64,000 nt of DNA from the IMG/VR virus record IMGVR_UViG_3300006310_000773, one strand, 5' to 3'. Below the pieces are notes generated by a model. It was given only the letters and a program-made list of their open reading frames with translations. It was not told the origin of the DNA and did no database searches. Position 1 is the stretch's first letter, and every line of letters begins with the position of its first letter. Made by a program: the position numbers and the translations under genes. This document shows positions 19,535-30,700 of the stretch, in pieces. The DNA is from a virus.

Positions 19535-20629
19535 TTATCCAATTCTCTTATAAAGATTATAAGCGTTTATAACGTTAGAGCTTCCATCATTTTGAATTGT
19601 AGCTCCTGTCCAATACCCAGTATATTGTCCAGTATATTGCCCGCTATATTGTGTACCATATTGTCCAGTATACCACGGCCCGTATCGAGCTCCACCAAAA
19701 TTTCCATATTGTACTCTATATTGTCCTGACCACTGACCAGTATATTGTCCGGTATATTGTCCGCTATATTGTGTAGAATATTGTTGATTTGCTACAGAAC
19801 ACATATAGTCAGTGAATCCCCCAACTTGTGTCCAAGTTCCAGATCCAGATGCTGATCCCGTTTTTATTTCATAATCTCCCACATTATTTCCACCACTGCC
19901 TCCAGTAATACGATTTATCCAATGTGCGACTAATGTTTCTATTTCCGCATCTGTCATTTCTTGAACATCTCCACCAGTTCCCTTATATTTTACTGGTTGA
20001 AAGCTTCCCACACTACCTGTAGAAGTTTTTCTCCAAAGATAAATATTTGTGCTATGTGAATCTTGTGCGGTGGTTTGTGCATAGTCTATATGTTCTCCAC
20101 CAGAAGGGGGGTTAGTTCCTGTTGTAACATTTATCCACGTTCCTCCTAATGAACCTGAGGGCTCGCTTGCTCCCAAATAATATGTACCAACTCCTGTATT
20201 ACTTCCCGTTAAAACATATACTTCTTGACAACATCTCATAATATCATCTACCAATTTAGCGGCATTCATTTCTTGTAAAACGCCCGATCCTTCCCAAGCT
20301 AAAGGCCACACCTCTCCTCCTGTGGCTTCTGCAGAATTATCATTCGCTGCAAGACCATATTCACTGATTGTAGAAGATCCACTACCAGTAGGATGATACC
20401 CCACAGCATCATCTCTTTTAGTATCAATGAAGTATCCTAAATTTCCAGTTGTAGTTGTTGCTCTTAATTGAATGTTTCCGCGTTGTGCATCAGATTGGTC
20501 ACTTGCCCATTTTGCTAAAATAACAGGAACAATTTTATCCTTTATATCAGCATCTGTCATTTCTCTTAAACTGCTGTTACCTGGGTCTAAATCTGATACC
20601 CACAACGGTCTGTTATCACCTGCCGCCAT
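19535..20629 (-). CDS. Putative virion/fibre protein with a C-terminal (Y/W)xGQ repeat hairpin
   Basis: G/S/T-rich; three internal repeats (LREMTDADI, LQEMNAAKL, VQEMTDAEI); QYSTQYSGQYTGQYTGQWSGQY..WYTGQYGTQYSGQYTGQYTGYWTG. Confidence 0.7.
   Translation of the reverse strand: MAAGDNRPLWVSDLDPGNSSLREMTDADIKDKIVPVILAKWASDQSDAQRGNIQLRATTTTGNLGYFIDTKRDDAVGYHPTGSGSSTISEYGLAANDNSAEATGGEVWPLAWEGSGVLQEMNAAKLVDDIMRCCQEVYVLTGSNTGVGTYYLGASEPSGSLGGTWINVTTGTNPPSGGEHIDYAQTTAQDSHSTNIYLWRKTSTGSVGSFQPVKYKGTGGDVQEMTDAEIETLVAHWINRITGGSGGNNVGDYEIKTGSASGSGTWTQVGGFTDYMCSVANQQYSTQYSGQYTGQYTGQWSGQYRVQYGNFGGARYGPWYTGQYGTQYSGQYTGQYTGYWTGATIQNDGSSNVINAYNLYKRIG
19604..19786 (-). repeat. Degenerate 12-bp coding tandem repeats (tattgtccagta-like) in two arms
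   Basis: Visible in the DNA; encodes the 4-residue Y-x-G-Q periodicity. Confidence 0.85.
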
Positions 20630-20642
20630 ATTTTATCCTTTA

Positions 20643-21629
20643 TTATGGTCCTAATCTTGTTCCTGAGGTATTGAATACACCAAAAGTAACCCATTGTGCT
20701 AATCCATTTCCGTCAGAATCTTGTAACAATTTATACTGTGCGGGAGATCCGCCTGAAATTGTAACAGTATTAGATAAAGTTACAGTATTTCCATGTCCCA
20801 TTGTTATAGCTACATCTCTACCCAATCCACCAAGAAGACCACTATCAATAATGACTTCTTGTGCTGCATTCATTGTAATAGTATCTTCTGCTTCAGAATT
20901 TTGAATAATATTTCCGGATAATTTAAGCTTATCAGCAGTTACTTGTACGGTTCCGTCTACAGCATTATCAATGGTTTCTCCGTTGCCAAATGTAATAGTA
21001 TTTCCACCAAATGATACATTATCTGTTATCTCCCATTTGGATCCTGAATCATTCCACAATATACTATGATCAGTCGCTCCATCATTTACTTGAATTCCAG
21101 CACCAGTAGCAGTTGCTGTAGTTTTTATCGCCGCATTTGATAATTCAATAGTTTTGTCTGTAGTTACAAGAGTTGTTGATTCTACTTTAGTTTGTGTACC
21201 CTGAACAGTTAAATTTCCTGTAATAACTGTATGGGCCGCCGCTAATTGTAAATGAGAAGTTGTGGCTGTGATTTGAGATGTATTAACAAATATTCTCTCA
21301 TTCCCTGCACCAGCATCTCCTGCATAAATTTTTATTTCATCTTCATCATTACCCCATCCTTCATGGACTGTAATTTTTGTATCTTGATCTTTATCTATTA
21401 AATCATTTAATGCTATCCACTCCGCATCATGATATCCTTCATATTTTCCTAAAGTTGAATTATATCTAACTTGACCAGTGTTCGGACCATACACTCCCGC
21501 GGGTCTTTGAGCAGTGGTTCCAACAGGAACGGTCATATAACCAGTAGTGTTAAAAATCGTGTTTCCTGTAATTACCTGATCACCATCGATATCAACTGTT
21601 TGTGATAATTCATAAGCTCGTGATGTCAT
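20643..21629 (-). CDS. Tail fibre-like structural protein
   Basis: VPVGTTAQRP..GQVRYNST..YEGY..IDKDQDTKITV; GNLTVQGTQTKVEST..DKTIEL. Confidence 0.75.
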   Translation of the reverse strand: MTSRAYELSQTVDIDGDQVITGNTIFNTTGYMTVPVGTTAQRPAGVYGPNTGQVRYNSTLGKYEGYHDAEWIALNDLIDKDQDTKITVHEGWGNDEDEIKIYAGDAGAGNERIFVNTSQITATTSHLQLAAAHTVITGNLTVQGTQTKVESTTLVTTDKTIELSNAAIKTTATATGAGIQVNDGATDHSILWNDSGSKWEITDNVSFGGNTITFGNGETIDNAVDGTVQVTADKLKLSGNIIQNSEAEDTITMNAAQEVIIDSGLLGGLGRDVAITMGHGNTVTLSNTVTISGGSPAQYKLLQDSDGNGLAQWVTFGVFNTSGTRLGP

Positions 21630-21634
21630 TTTTA

Positions 21635-22150
21635 TTATTCCTTCGTTTTATTTTTAGTAATCCAATTGTCGATGGATGTCCAATCGACCCAATCTTCTAA
21701 TTGATTTAATGCTTTAAAGGTCATATTTTGTAATCCTCCAAAATTAGGAGAAAATAGATCATTGTCTATCATATCACCCGCATCCATTTTTGTAATATCT
21801 AATTCTACAATACTATCATTTAATATATTTATGTCATTTAATGATTCTTCGTGCTTACTCTGATCAACTGCCCAAGTATTTGTAGCTGGGTCATGTGTTC
21901 CATATTTATTTAATATTTCTGCTCTATTATTTAAATAAATTTGATGATGTTGTTTAATTGCTCTTGCGCATATAAACAATTTCCAAAAAATTGCAGTTTT
22001 GTCCCAATCTCGTTGTAAATATGCACTTGTCTGAAAATATTTTGTCCATAATTCATTTATAAAAATGACATATTCTTCATCAGTAAAATATGCATATCTA
22101 ATTTTCACATTTTTATCATTATTTACAACTTTTTCTTTTTTATTCTTCAA
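21635..22150 (-). CDS. Hypothetical protein, possible tail-fibre assembly chaperone
   Basis: Lies between two fibre genes with an 11-nt overlap; RAEILNKYG motif. Confidence 0.5.
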   Translation of the reverse strand: MKNKKEKVVNNDKNVKIRYAYFTDEEYVIFINELWTKYFQTSAYLQRDWDKTAIFWKLFICARAIKQHHQIYLNNRAEILNKYGTHDPATNTWAVDQSKHEESLNDINILNDSIVELDITKMDAGDMIDNDLFSPNFGGLQNMTFKALNQLEDWVDWTSIDNWITKNKTKE

Positions 22151-24584
22151 TTTCTTCCATTAATATTTTATATTTTTTACCTGTCAAATTATTTGTTAAT
22201 GACAAGTAATCACTTTCCTCGACGACTTTCCAATCGCCACGTTCATTTTTCAAATTTAAGTCAGAAGTATATATGTTAGCCCATCTTAAAGAATCACTTC
22301 CCATATCTCTCGTTCCATTAGCATCAGGTAAAACATCTGAAGCGAAAAAACCTCCAGACATATCAATATTCGAGTTAAATGTCGCTAATCCTGTAAAAGA
22401 AGATGTAGTTCCCACCAAAAGATTATCTTCAATTTCTATTGCTCCACAATGGAAATTTTCATAATCCGCTATTGTTATATTTCCTGCTGCTGATCCATCA
22501 TCTCCTACACGACATGTTGAAAATTCATCCAAACTTTCATCCCAAATAAATGCCGTATTTCCAAGATCATTAGTTCCTCTAATGAATACAAATCCGGTAT
22601 CATAAGCATTATTTGTTGGTACTGCTGAAAAATTATTAAGAACTATAAACGGATCTGTTATAGTCATAGTATCAGAACTAACTTCAGTAGTTGTTCCTGT
22701 AATATGTAAATTACCAATAAGAGTTGTGTCTTGACCTGACGGGGTTATTGTTAATTCACCAGCCGCATTCGTCGCAAAAGTAGTATTTGCCGCAAAACTA
22801 TGTAATAATTTTAATTGAATTGCATCAGTTCCATTACCCTTAACATCTAATGTAACTGCTGGTTCTTTAACGCCAATACCAACTCTATCATTATGTACAT
22901 CAACAGCAAATGTCGCGTTAGCATGTGATACAGGATCAACACCAATATAAGTATTAGCTTGAACAGAAGACCATCCGGCGGTGTTTGCCCATCTATCTTT
23001 AGTATAAACATCAGTATTTTCAAAAGAAGTCCACGCCCAAGATTCAACTATATTACCTACTGTTTGAGCTGGAATAGTAACAGAAGTTGCATTAGTTGCT
23101 GTCAATAAACTTTGATCAATTTTCACTCCTTCACTAAATACTTCAATCATTCCAGGAGTATATCCACCATTAATCGTAAACGTTGTCTGACTAGCGGTTG
23201 CTACAAATCTCTCTTTTGTCATTGCCGCTTTGGATAAATCTGTTGCAGCCATTGACATAACATCTATTATATCATCTACTCCAACGGTAAAGTTAAGAAA
23301 AGTTATAGCACTTCCTAATACATCAGTGTCATAATCAGCAGAATCCAGTTTAATACCGTTCACGAATACTTGTAACCAATTTGGATTATATTGTGCACTT
23401 ACTGAGGTAGTTGAATCTGTCGGTGCCTCAATTCTTGTATTATATACTGTTGTGGATGGAGAGAGTTGATACCACGCCGCTGCTGTATTTGAGTAATACT
23501 CCATTTGTCCTTTACCGGCATCATACTCTTTATTAAATCTAAGCATACCATCTTCAAGATCAGTCGATGGTCTTTGTGCTGAAGATCCTGATGGAACAGT
23601 AATAGAAGTCTCACCATCTCTTCCTAAAATATTATGACAAAATACGTTGTTAGCCCATACTGATTGTACTCTCTGGTCTGTTTTTCCTATATGAAGTTCA
23701 GTTCCGCTACCGGACCAACTACTTGGTAAAAAATATCCATCATCAGTATCACTTCCAATATACCATCTCTCTGTTCCTTCAGTATAAAATTTAATTTCGT
23801 CTTCATCTCCGCCATGAGTAGTTTCAACAGTTATTTTTGTGTCTTGGTCTGAATCAATAGCTCCACCTAATGACATAAAAGTATTAGAAACATGATCATA
23901 ACCCTCATATCTGTCTAATGTTGTATTATATCTAATTACTCCGCGTAAAGAATGATCTGCATTTGTGGTACTAGATAAATCTGTAATTTCTGGTCTATCT
24001 GAAGTTTCGCCAGAAGGTATTTTTAAATGTGAAGTTGTGTTTGCTCCAACCGTGTCCCATACATAAAGGTTTTTCCATCTTTCCCCATTATTACCTAAAC
24101 TAATTGCAGTATTTGTTAAACCAATTGGAGGTAATGGTGTAATATCTGCGGCAATGTCTCCCACTATTGTTACAGTATCTACGTCTGCATCATCACCTAA
24201 TTGAATATTTCCTTCTGCTTTAACTACTCCTGCTACGTAAACTGATCCGCCGACATTTAAACTTTTTTGAACTGAAATACCACCTTTAAATATAGCGGAG
24301 CCTGTGGACAAACTTGCTCCAAAATCATCACTTGTACCATCTGTCACATCTCGTAAACTATTGGAGGTTATTCCACCTTCTCCTGTTGTATTGAATTCTA
24401 TTGATCCATTTGCTATTAAATCACCAATTCTTATTCCACCATTTCCATCATCATCTCTTCTTACTACTGTATTTGCGATACCTGCGTCTGTTCCAGCATT
24501 AACGTCGGCAATGACCAAGTTGGTCTGATTACGCCACGTTTCAAAGGTATCAGTTAAAGCTACGTTTGCGAATGAAGTTGCCAT
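22140..24584 (-). CDS. Tail fibre protein
   Basis: TDTFETWRNQTN N-terminus; PSGxxxxRP repeats; VFVNGIKL and ATASQTTF modules; C-terminal RWANIYTSDLNLKNERGDW. Confidence 0.8.
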   Translation of the reverse strand: MATSFANVALTDTFETWRNQTNLVIADVNAGTDAGIANTVVRRDDDGNGGIRIGDLIANGSIEFNTTGEGGITSNSLRDVTDGTSDDFGASLSTGSAIFKGGISVQKSLNVGGSVYVAGVVKAEGNIQLGDDADVDTVTIVGDIAADITPLPPIGLTNTAISLGNNGERWKNLYVWDTVGANTTSHLKIPSGETSDRPEITDLSSTTNADHSLRGVIRYNTTLDRYEGYDHVSNTFMSLGGAIDSDQDTKITVETTHGGDEDEIKFYTEGTERWYIGSDTDDGYFLPSSWSGSGTELHIGKTDQRVQSVWANNVFCHNILGRDGETSITVPSGSSAQRPSTDLEDGMLRFNKEYDAGKGQMEYYSNTAAAWYQLSPSTTVYNTRIEAPTDSTTSVSAQYNPNWLQVFVNGIKLDSADYDTDVLGSAITFLNFTVGVDDIIDVMSMAATDLSKAAMTKERFVATASQTTFTINGGYTPGMIEVFSEGVKIDQSLLTATNATSVTIPAQTVGNIVESWAWTSFENTDVYTKDRWANTAGWSSVQANTYIGVDPVSHANATFAVDVHNDRVGIGVKEPAVTLDVKGNGTDAIQLKLLHSFAANTTFATNAAGELTITPSGQDTTLIGNLHITGTTTEVSSDTMTITDPFIVLNNFSAVPTNNAYDTGFVFIRGTNDLGNTAFIWDESLDEFSTCRVGDDGSAAGNITIADYENFHCGAIEIEDNLLVGTTSSFTGLATFNSNIDMSGGFFASDVLPDANGTRDMGSDSLRWANIYTSDLNLKNERGDWKVVEESDYLSLTNNLTGKKYKILMEEIEE

Positions 24585-24594
24585 GTGTTAATCC

Positions 24595-24798
24595 CTAATA
24601 GTTAATAAATTTTTTAATTTCTAATATTTCCGCTTTTATTTCAGAAATTTCCGTCTTTAGTGTATTTATCTCCGCTTGTCTACTGTCAGCTTGCCTTTTC
24701 ACTAATCTATGGGCAGTTAATGCATCTATATCATTTCTTAATATTGCATTGCTTTCAGTATCTTTCAGAAATCCTGGAGCGTCTGTTAAAATTTTCAT
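24595..24798 (-). CDS. Small coiled-coil protein of T4-like phage structural regions
   Basis: FLKDTESNAIL..EINTLKTEISEIK; ATGA overlap. Confidence 0.65.
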   Translation of the reverse strand: MKILTDAPGFLKDTESNAILRNDIDALTAHRLVKRQADSRQAEINTLKTEISEIKAEILEIKKFINY

Positions 24799-27700
24799 GA
24801 ATCTAATGCTACAGCTCTTAAATCCTTAATTTTTGGTGGATCTATATTACTTGAAGATGTTAAAACAACTTTTATTGCAAAATATTTAAAATCTTTAAAA
24901 GTTGTAGATCCAACAGTATATGCAGCAGAATCATCTGCTGTTTTATAATTATATGTCAAGAAATCTGACTCATTTGCAGAATATACACTTGAATCGGTTT
25001 CTTGTGTCATTTTATTCCAATATTTATCATCAAATGATTCAGAATCAGTTGAACTAAGTGCTTTATAATAAATATTAATATTTGAGGTACTAGGTTTATA
25101 TGCTCTTATATATACTCTAACATCTTCAGCGTCAAACCCGTCTTGTAATGTCACTCTTCTTGTTATATATCTCGCTATTCCATTTCCACCTTCTCTATCC
25201 GTTTCTGCTGAAATTGTTACAGATCCACTTGTACCACCAGACAAAGTAGCAGTAATATTATCAAAATATCCACTTCCCTCCGCTGAAGCATATGCATCTG
25301 TAATTGCTCCTGTACCATCTGTGACTAATGTAACTCCCGCTCCCGTTCCTGTTGTTCCAGAAAGTGTGATATTACTAGTACCGTTTGCATATCCTGTTCC
25401 TCCCCCAACTACAGCCACATTATTATTACTAATTCCACCATTGTTAATATTATTTTCAACAGTTATTAAATTTAATCTAGATAAATCTATAATTGGTGAA
25501 ACATCTGAATTTGTTGTGGACATTTTCACTTGTATTTTCATATCTGGATCAGTACCACCATCATATTTACCTGTTCTAATAGTTTTTCTACTATCATGCT
25601 TAATATTTTTATTTGATGTAAATTTAGTAAAAGAATTATCTCTAACAGCAATATGAGGATATGCTTCATTTTCAGTAGTTGTTTGATAAAAATAATCTAT
25701 TACTGAATCTGAAAATTTCAATTCTGATGTACTTAATTTCATCAAATCATATGCCGTATTAGCTGTTCCATTTGAAAGAGGATGTGGAATTACATCAAAT
25801 TGACATAAATTAGAATTAAAAGATGTTAATTGAAAAGAACATTTTTGTGTTTTAAACATCAAGCTTCTATTAGTAACCGGAGTCCATTTACTAGAATTAT
25901 TTGTAACAAAAAAGTCTCCAACTTCAGGACCCTTTCCTGCTTTTGTATTTGTAGTATCAGTGTTAGTTACCATATTTCCTTCAACAGCGCTATAAACTTT
26001 ATATTTTGGACTATTTGTCATTAAAACAATAGCGAATTCGCCAGGTGGTAAATATACTGGTGATGGAAATTTAAATGTCGTTCCACTTGATGATTTTGTT
26101 GTATCAGGAGAAGAAGAGTCAACAGTTATTTCATCAGGAACAAGAACTTTTTCACCAAATGGTAGGACTTGAGCAACGCTTGGTGTTCCGTCTGTCATTG
26201 GTCTTACTTGTACTGTTACAGGCAAATAAGTATCCTTTTGTGAAAAATAGAATGTAACATTTCTTAAAAACATCCCATTTGGATATCTAGACTCATCTAT
26301 CACTATAGACTGTGCCATCGGATTCACAAAATTCGAAGAAGAACTTTTATCAGAAACAGCTGATTTTGTCACAACAGCGGATCTAATATCTTGTCTTCTC
26401 ACTAAAGAAGATCTTGTAGAAATTATACTTCCATCTGATACAGACTCCATACCCTTTATATGAAATGTTTTTTCAGCTACAGAATTAGTTTTAGATAATG
26501 TATTGTCAGCATGATCAGTAAGTCTTACTAATCTTTCTCCCATTCTAAATTGTCCAGCTGTAAATTCAAAATTTCCAACTACAGTACCATTTATATCAGA
26601 TTTAAGATTATTAACATATGTTGTTGGTACGGCTGATAAAGTCGCATTTGCTGTTACTGTTCCACTCGCAGAAACATAATCTGCTTCCACAATTGTTGAT
26701 GTACCTGTCGCAGTCCAATCACCAATTGTATTCGCAAGCATTAATGTAGTATTTCCCGTATAATCTACATGAACCAATGTTCCAGAAATTGAACTATTCG
26801 CACTTACTGTTACATATTCTCCCTCATTCGCTATAAATTCTGAGTTTCCTCCGTCAGTAATGGATAATGTCACTCCAGTATTAGCCTGCTCTGTTAAATT
26901 TACACCATCTACATATAAGTAATGATCAGTACTTGGTTTTAATCCTTGTGCTTTAAATAAAACAGTTTGTTTTCTATTCCATGAAACAATAGTATCATTA
27001 ACTTGTTTATTGTTTACTGTTTTCTTAACTGATTCTGGTTGATCTTTTGATAAAATCCCATCTCTTGTATTTTGTTGATCTATAGTCTTGGCTGATCTAT
27101 CTACTTTAGTAGAAGATGTTGATTTTTTATTCGCTTTTGAAACATCATCATTATTAATCTCTACACCACTCCAATTTTTTGACCAATTGTCCCATTGTGT
27201 ACCAAATCCATAATTATATTTACCAGATTCCCAATTATCACTACCTCCAGTTAAATTTATTAATACCTCTGGGCGCCTTCCATCATAAAACCAGGTATCA
27301 CTAGGATTTGTCATAGTTAAAATTCCATTAAACATACCAGAACCAAATGGATTTACTTCTTCAGTCGTTGTTGTAGCGGGTTGATCAATAAATCCCGTGT
27401 CTGTATAAGCAACAGAAACCAAATCTCCTGTTTTCATTATATTCGCACTATTAACATCAAGTTTAAATTTAAAATTATCAGATTCAAATGTCGGTCTTAA
27501 AAGTGTTTGATCAAAATCTATCGCTATTCTATAATCATCATCTAAAACATCACCTATTGCATGTCCCGCAAATTGGTCTACAAGTATACCATTCTTAAAT
27601 CTTTCCACTCCACCATCTGTAAATATCGCTTGTTCCTTTGCATCTTTTTCCAAAAATGAGAGAGAAGTAAAATATTCAAGTTGTTCAACTCTTTTTTCTA

Positions 27701-30700
27701 TTTTACCAATATCCCTCATAGTAAATCTTTTATTTTCAATATATTGTAAATTTACATCAGTAACCTCAAATGTATATTCAGGAATATCTGCGATATAAAT
27801 TGTCATAGAATCTTCATCATCTGCCGGAACAATAGGATCAACTGAAGGATTTCCTTCAATTACACCAAATTCCCTATCTTTTGTTACAACAATTTTATCT
27901 TTTCTTGGTAAATAAAATTGTACATCTGTCGTTAAAACAACATCTGAATCTGGTAATCTTGGTAGAACTACAGATTGATTAATTGTCGCAGAATCTAAAG
28001 CAAATGACGCAGATTCATCACCATTTGTTCTCTTTGGTCTAAAATCTAAACAATCTCTTAAACTTACTGTTTTTCCAGTTATAGGACTTGTGTATGATGG
28101 GATATCAGAAAATTCTACGCCCGCAGTTGCTCCAAGATAAGTATCTACAGTAAATGGGCCGTCTGCAGCCTGATGTACAAAATAATCAAATACCGCCACT
28201 ATTGGCACCGCCGGTGCGGATTGACCTGGTTTCAATTTAACAAATCCAAAATCATATAAATTATCTCTCTGGCCAGTTTCAAAATTATATTTGTCCGTTA
28301 TATTATTAGTATCACCAGCACTTGCACATGCTGTTGTAAACAATTCAGTAGTAAGGCTTGCAATATCAGTGTCTGGAGATTTAACAATTGCTTTCAAAGA
28401 TTTTACATCTGATGTTCTTAAACTAATCGTCGTATTAGCATAATCCGCAGCAGTAGTTGCTTTATATTGTCCTAATCCTCTTAAAGTTGTATTAGTATCA
28501 CCACTAGTAAAGGATGTTGTATTTGAATTAACAATAGTTTTAGTTCTAAAGGTAGATGCGAGAGGAGATAATGAAATAGCCGCAGTTATTGTGGCAGTGA
28601 AATTATCATTACTTCCCACACCCGTATCTAAAGCCATTGAAGTACCAGCTGCGTCTACTGAAGAGGTAGCACCAGCACCAAAATTAATAATGTCTCCAAT
28701 GTTACGCGGACACAATGCACCAATACTCCCTGTAATAGTACACACAACATGATTAAGTAAATCTGCAGATCCTAAAGAAGAACCCTTACCCGGCAAAAAC
28801 ACTCCACCAGTTTGAGTAATAGATGCAAGACCATTAGTAAAAGTTACACTAAAAAATTGCTGTTTTACTGTGTAATCAAATTTAGAAGTGACAAGAGGAT
28901 TTAAGGTTTTTACTACTGCTTGTGGTAATTCATATATTAAAGAACTTCTATCAGTATCAAATATTTTAGTAAGACTATTTGGATCTAATTGATCAACTTT
29001 ACCAAATTGTGAAATGTCTGCATACTTTTCAATATTTCCAGAACCATCTGATTCTATAACACTTTCCAAATATTTTGCGGTAAAATCAATTTCACACGTA
29101 TCACTAACTCCAACATCTGCTAAAAATGCATTTGCTAAAGTAATAGTATTTCCTTGATGATCTGTGATGAGTCTTGATACTCCATCATTATAACCACTTG
29201 TCATTTTAATTGAAGCACCAGCATATGCTAAAGAAACATTAGTGGATTTTGTAGAATTTAAAACAAGTGTTGTTCCTCCTGCAGCAATGCCCGTATGAAC
29301 ATTAGACGTTATACTTGACATTTTGGTATCATACAAATATAAATCATAAGTACCATTTGTTGCCCCAGGAGTACCAGAAAAATAATCTAATTGTCTAGGT
29401 CTAGCAGTTCCTATCTTTGATGTATTATATGTTGCTGCGGAAGTAGTATTGATATTTACTGTTCTTACACAATGTAAATCTATTGGTGCTTGTGTAGCGA
29501 CATTAAATGAACCATTCGCACTATCAATTCTCAAATTATTTCCAAAATTTGTATTCATAACAAATTCTATCGCATTGTTAGTGTCTCTACCCTTTCTTAT
29601 ATCAGCATATTCTACGGCAACACTTTCATAATCATATCCTCTTACATAAGCTTTGCCTGGTTCCAATCCAACAGACAATTTATCTAAATTATGAATAAAT
29701 TGTGTTTGTCCTGATCCAATAGGAGCAGAAACAGTCATATTCTCATCATCTGCGATTGCCGTAACTGTAGTTGTTGCAGAATTAAAAGATCCATTTGTTA
29801 AATAAACAGAATCACCAATTCTAAAATCTTTTAAAAATTTAGATTCAAGTCCAACTATTGATGCTGTTGTACTGGCTAATGTCCATCCACTCGCATTTTT
29901 ATGAGTATTTAAATTAGCCAAAAATGGTTTAACAGTATAGTTTCCTGATTCATCATAAGTTCTTCTTGCTAAAGTGTCATCTAATGCGGAATATACTGGA
30001 TATTTTACAATTTTTGTTGGAAGACCATTAACAACTCTTAATAATTCTATAAAATTTTGTTCTGAAATAGTAGTGAGTGATTTTTTACCCAATATTAAAG
30101 CAATTTTATATCTATTTGCTCCAGGTGCATTAACGTTAAAAGACCCTGAAGCATTATCTAACAATGAAGAATCATCAGTATTATTTGTAATACTTTCAGT
30201 TATAGTTAATCCAACTTTATATGATGGTGTCGTTGCAAATTTTTCTAAAACAATAGTTTGGGCGTCAACTGTGACAAAAAATCCGTTTATATAATAAATT
30301 CCAGCAGAAATACTTGCAATAGAACCATCTCCTGTAATGGTTCCGGCATCTGCGGTTTGTGCACTTATACCAGTACTGCCTGCAACATGTATCGTTGCTG
30401 ATGTTGTAGTAATTGTATCAGAACCAGAATATACTCCTATTAAAACGGGAGCATCGCTACCTTCAGCCTCTACAGTAGTAATTACATCAAAGGTAATTGT
30501 GTCTGCACCACTAAGTTGAATTTTTTGATTTGCGAATGTTGATGCAGTTTCAGTTGATGCTAATCTAATATAACTAACGTTAGTATTTAAATTAATCTGT
30601 CCACCTGTAACAATACTACCATCCTTATAAAAGGAATCGCCCAATCTGGATATTTGATTTTGTAAAATTGTCTGAAGTTGTGTTAACTCTCTAACCTGAA

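Noticed and set aside
19604-19786. Repeats as a CRISPR array or a DGR template/variable pair
   Set aside because: They are 12-bp in-frame coding repeats with no spacers. No cas operon or reverse transcriptase is visible and there is no adenine-specific mismatch pattern.
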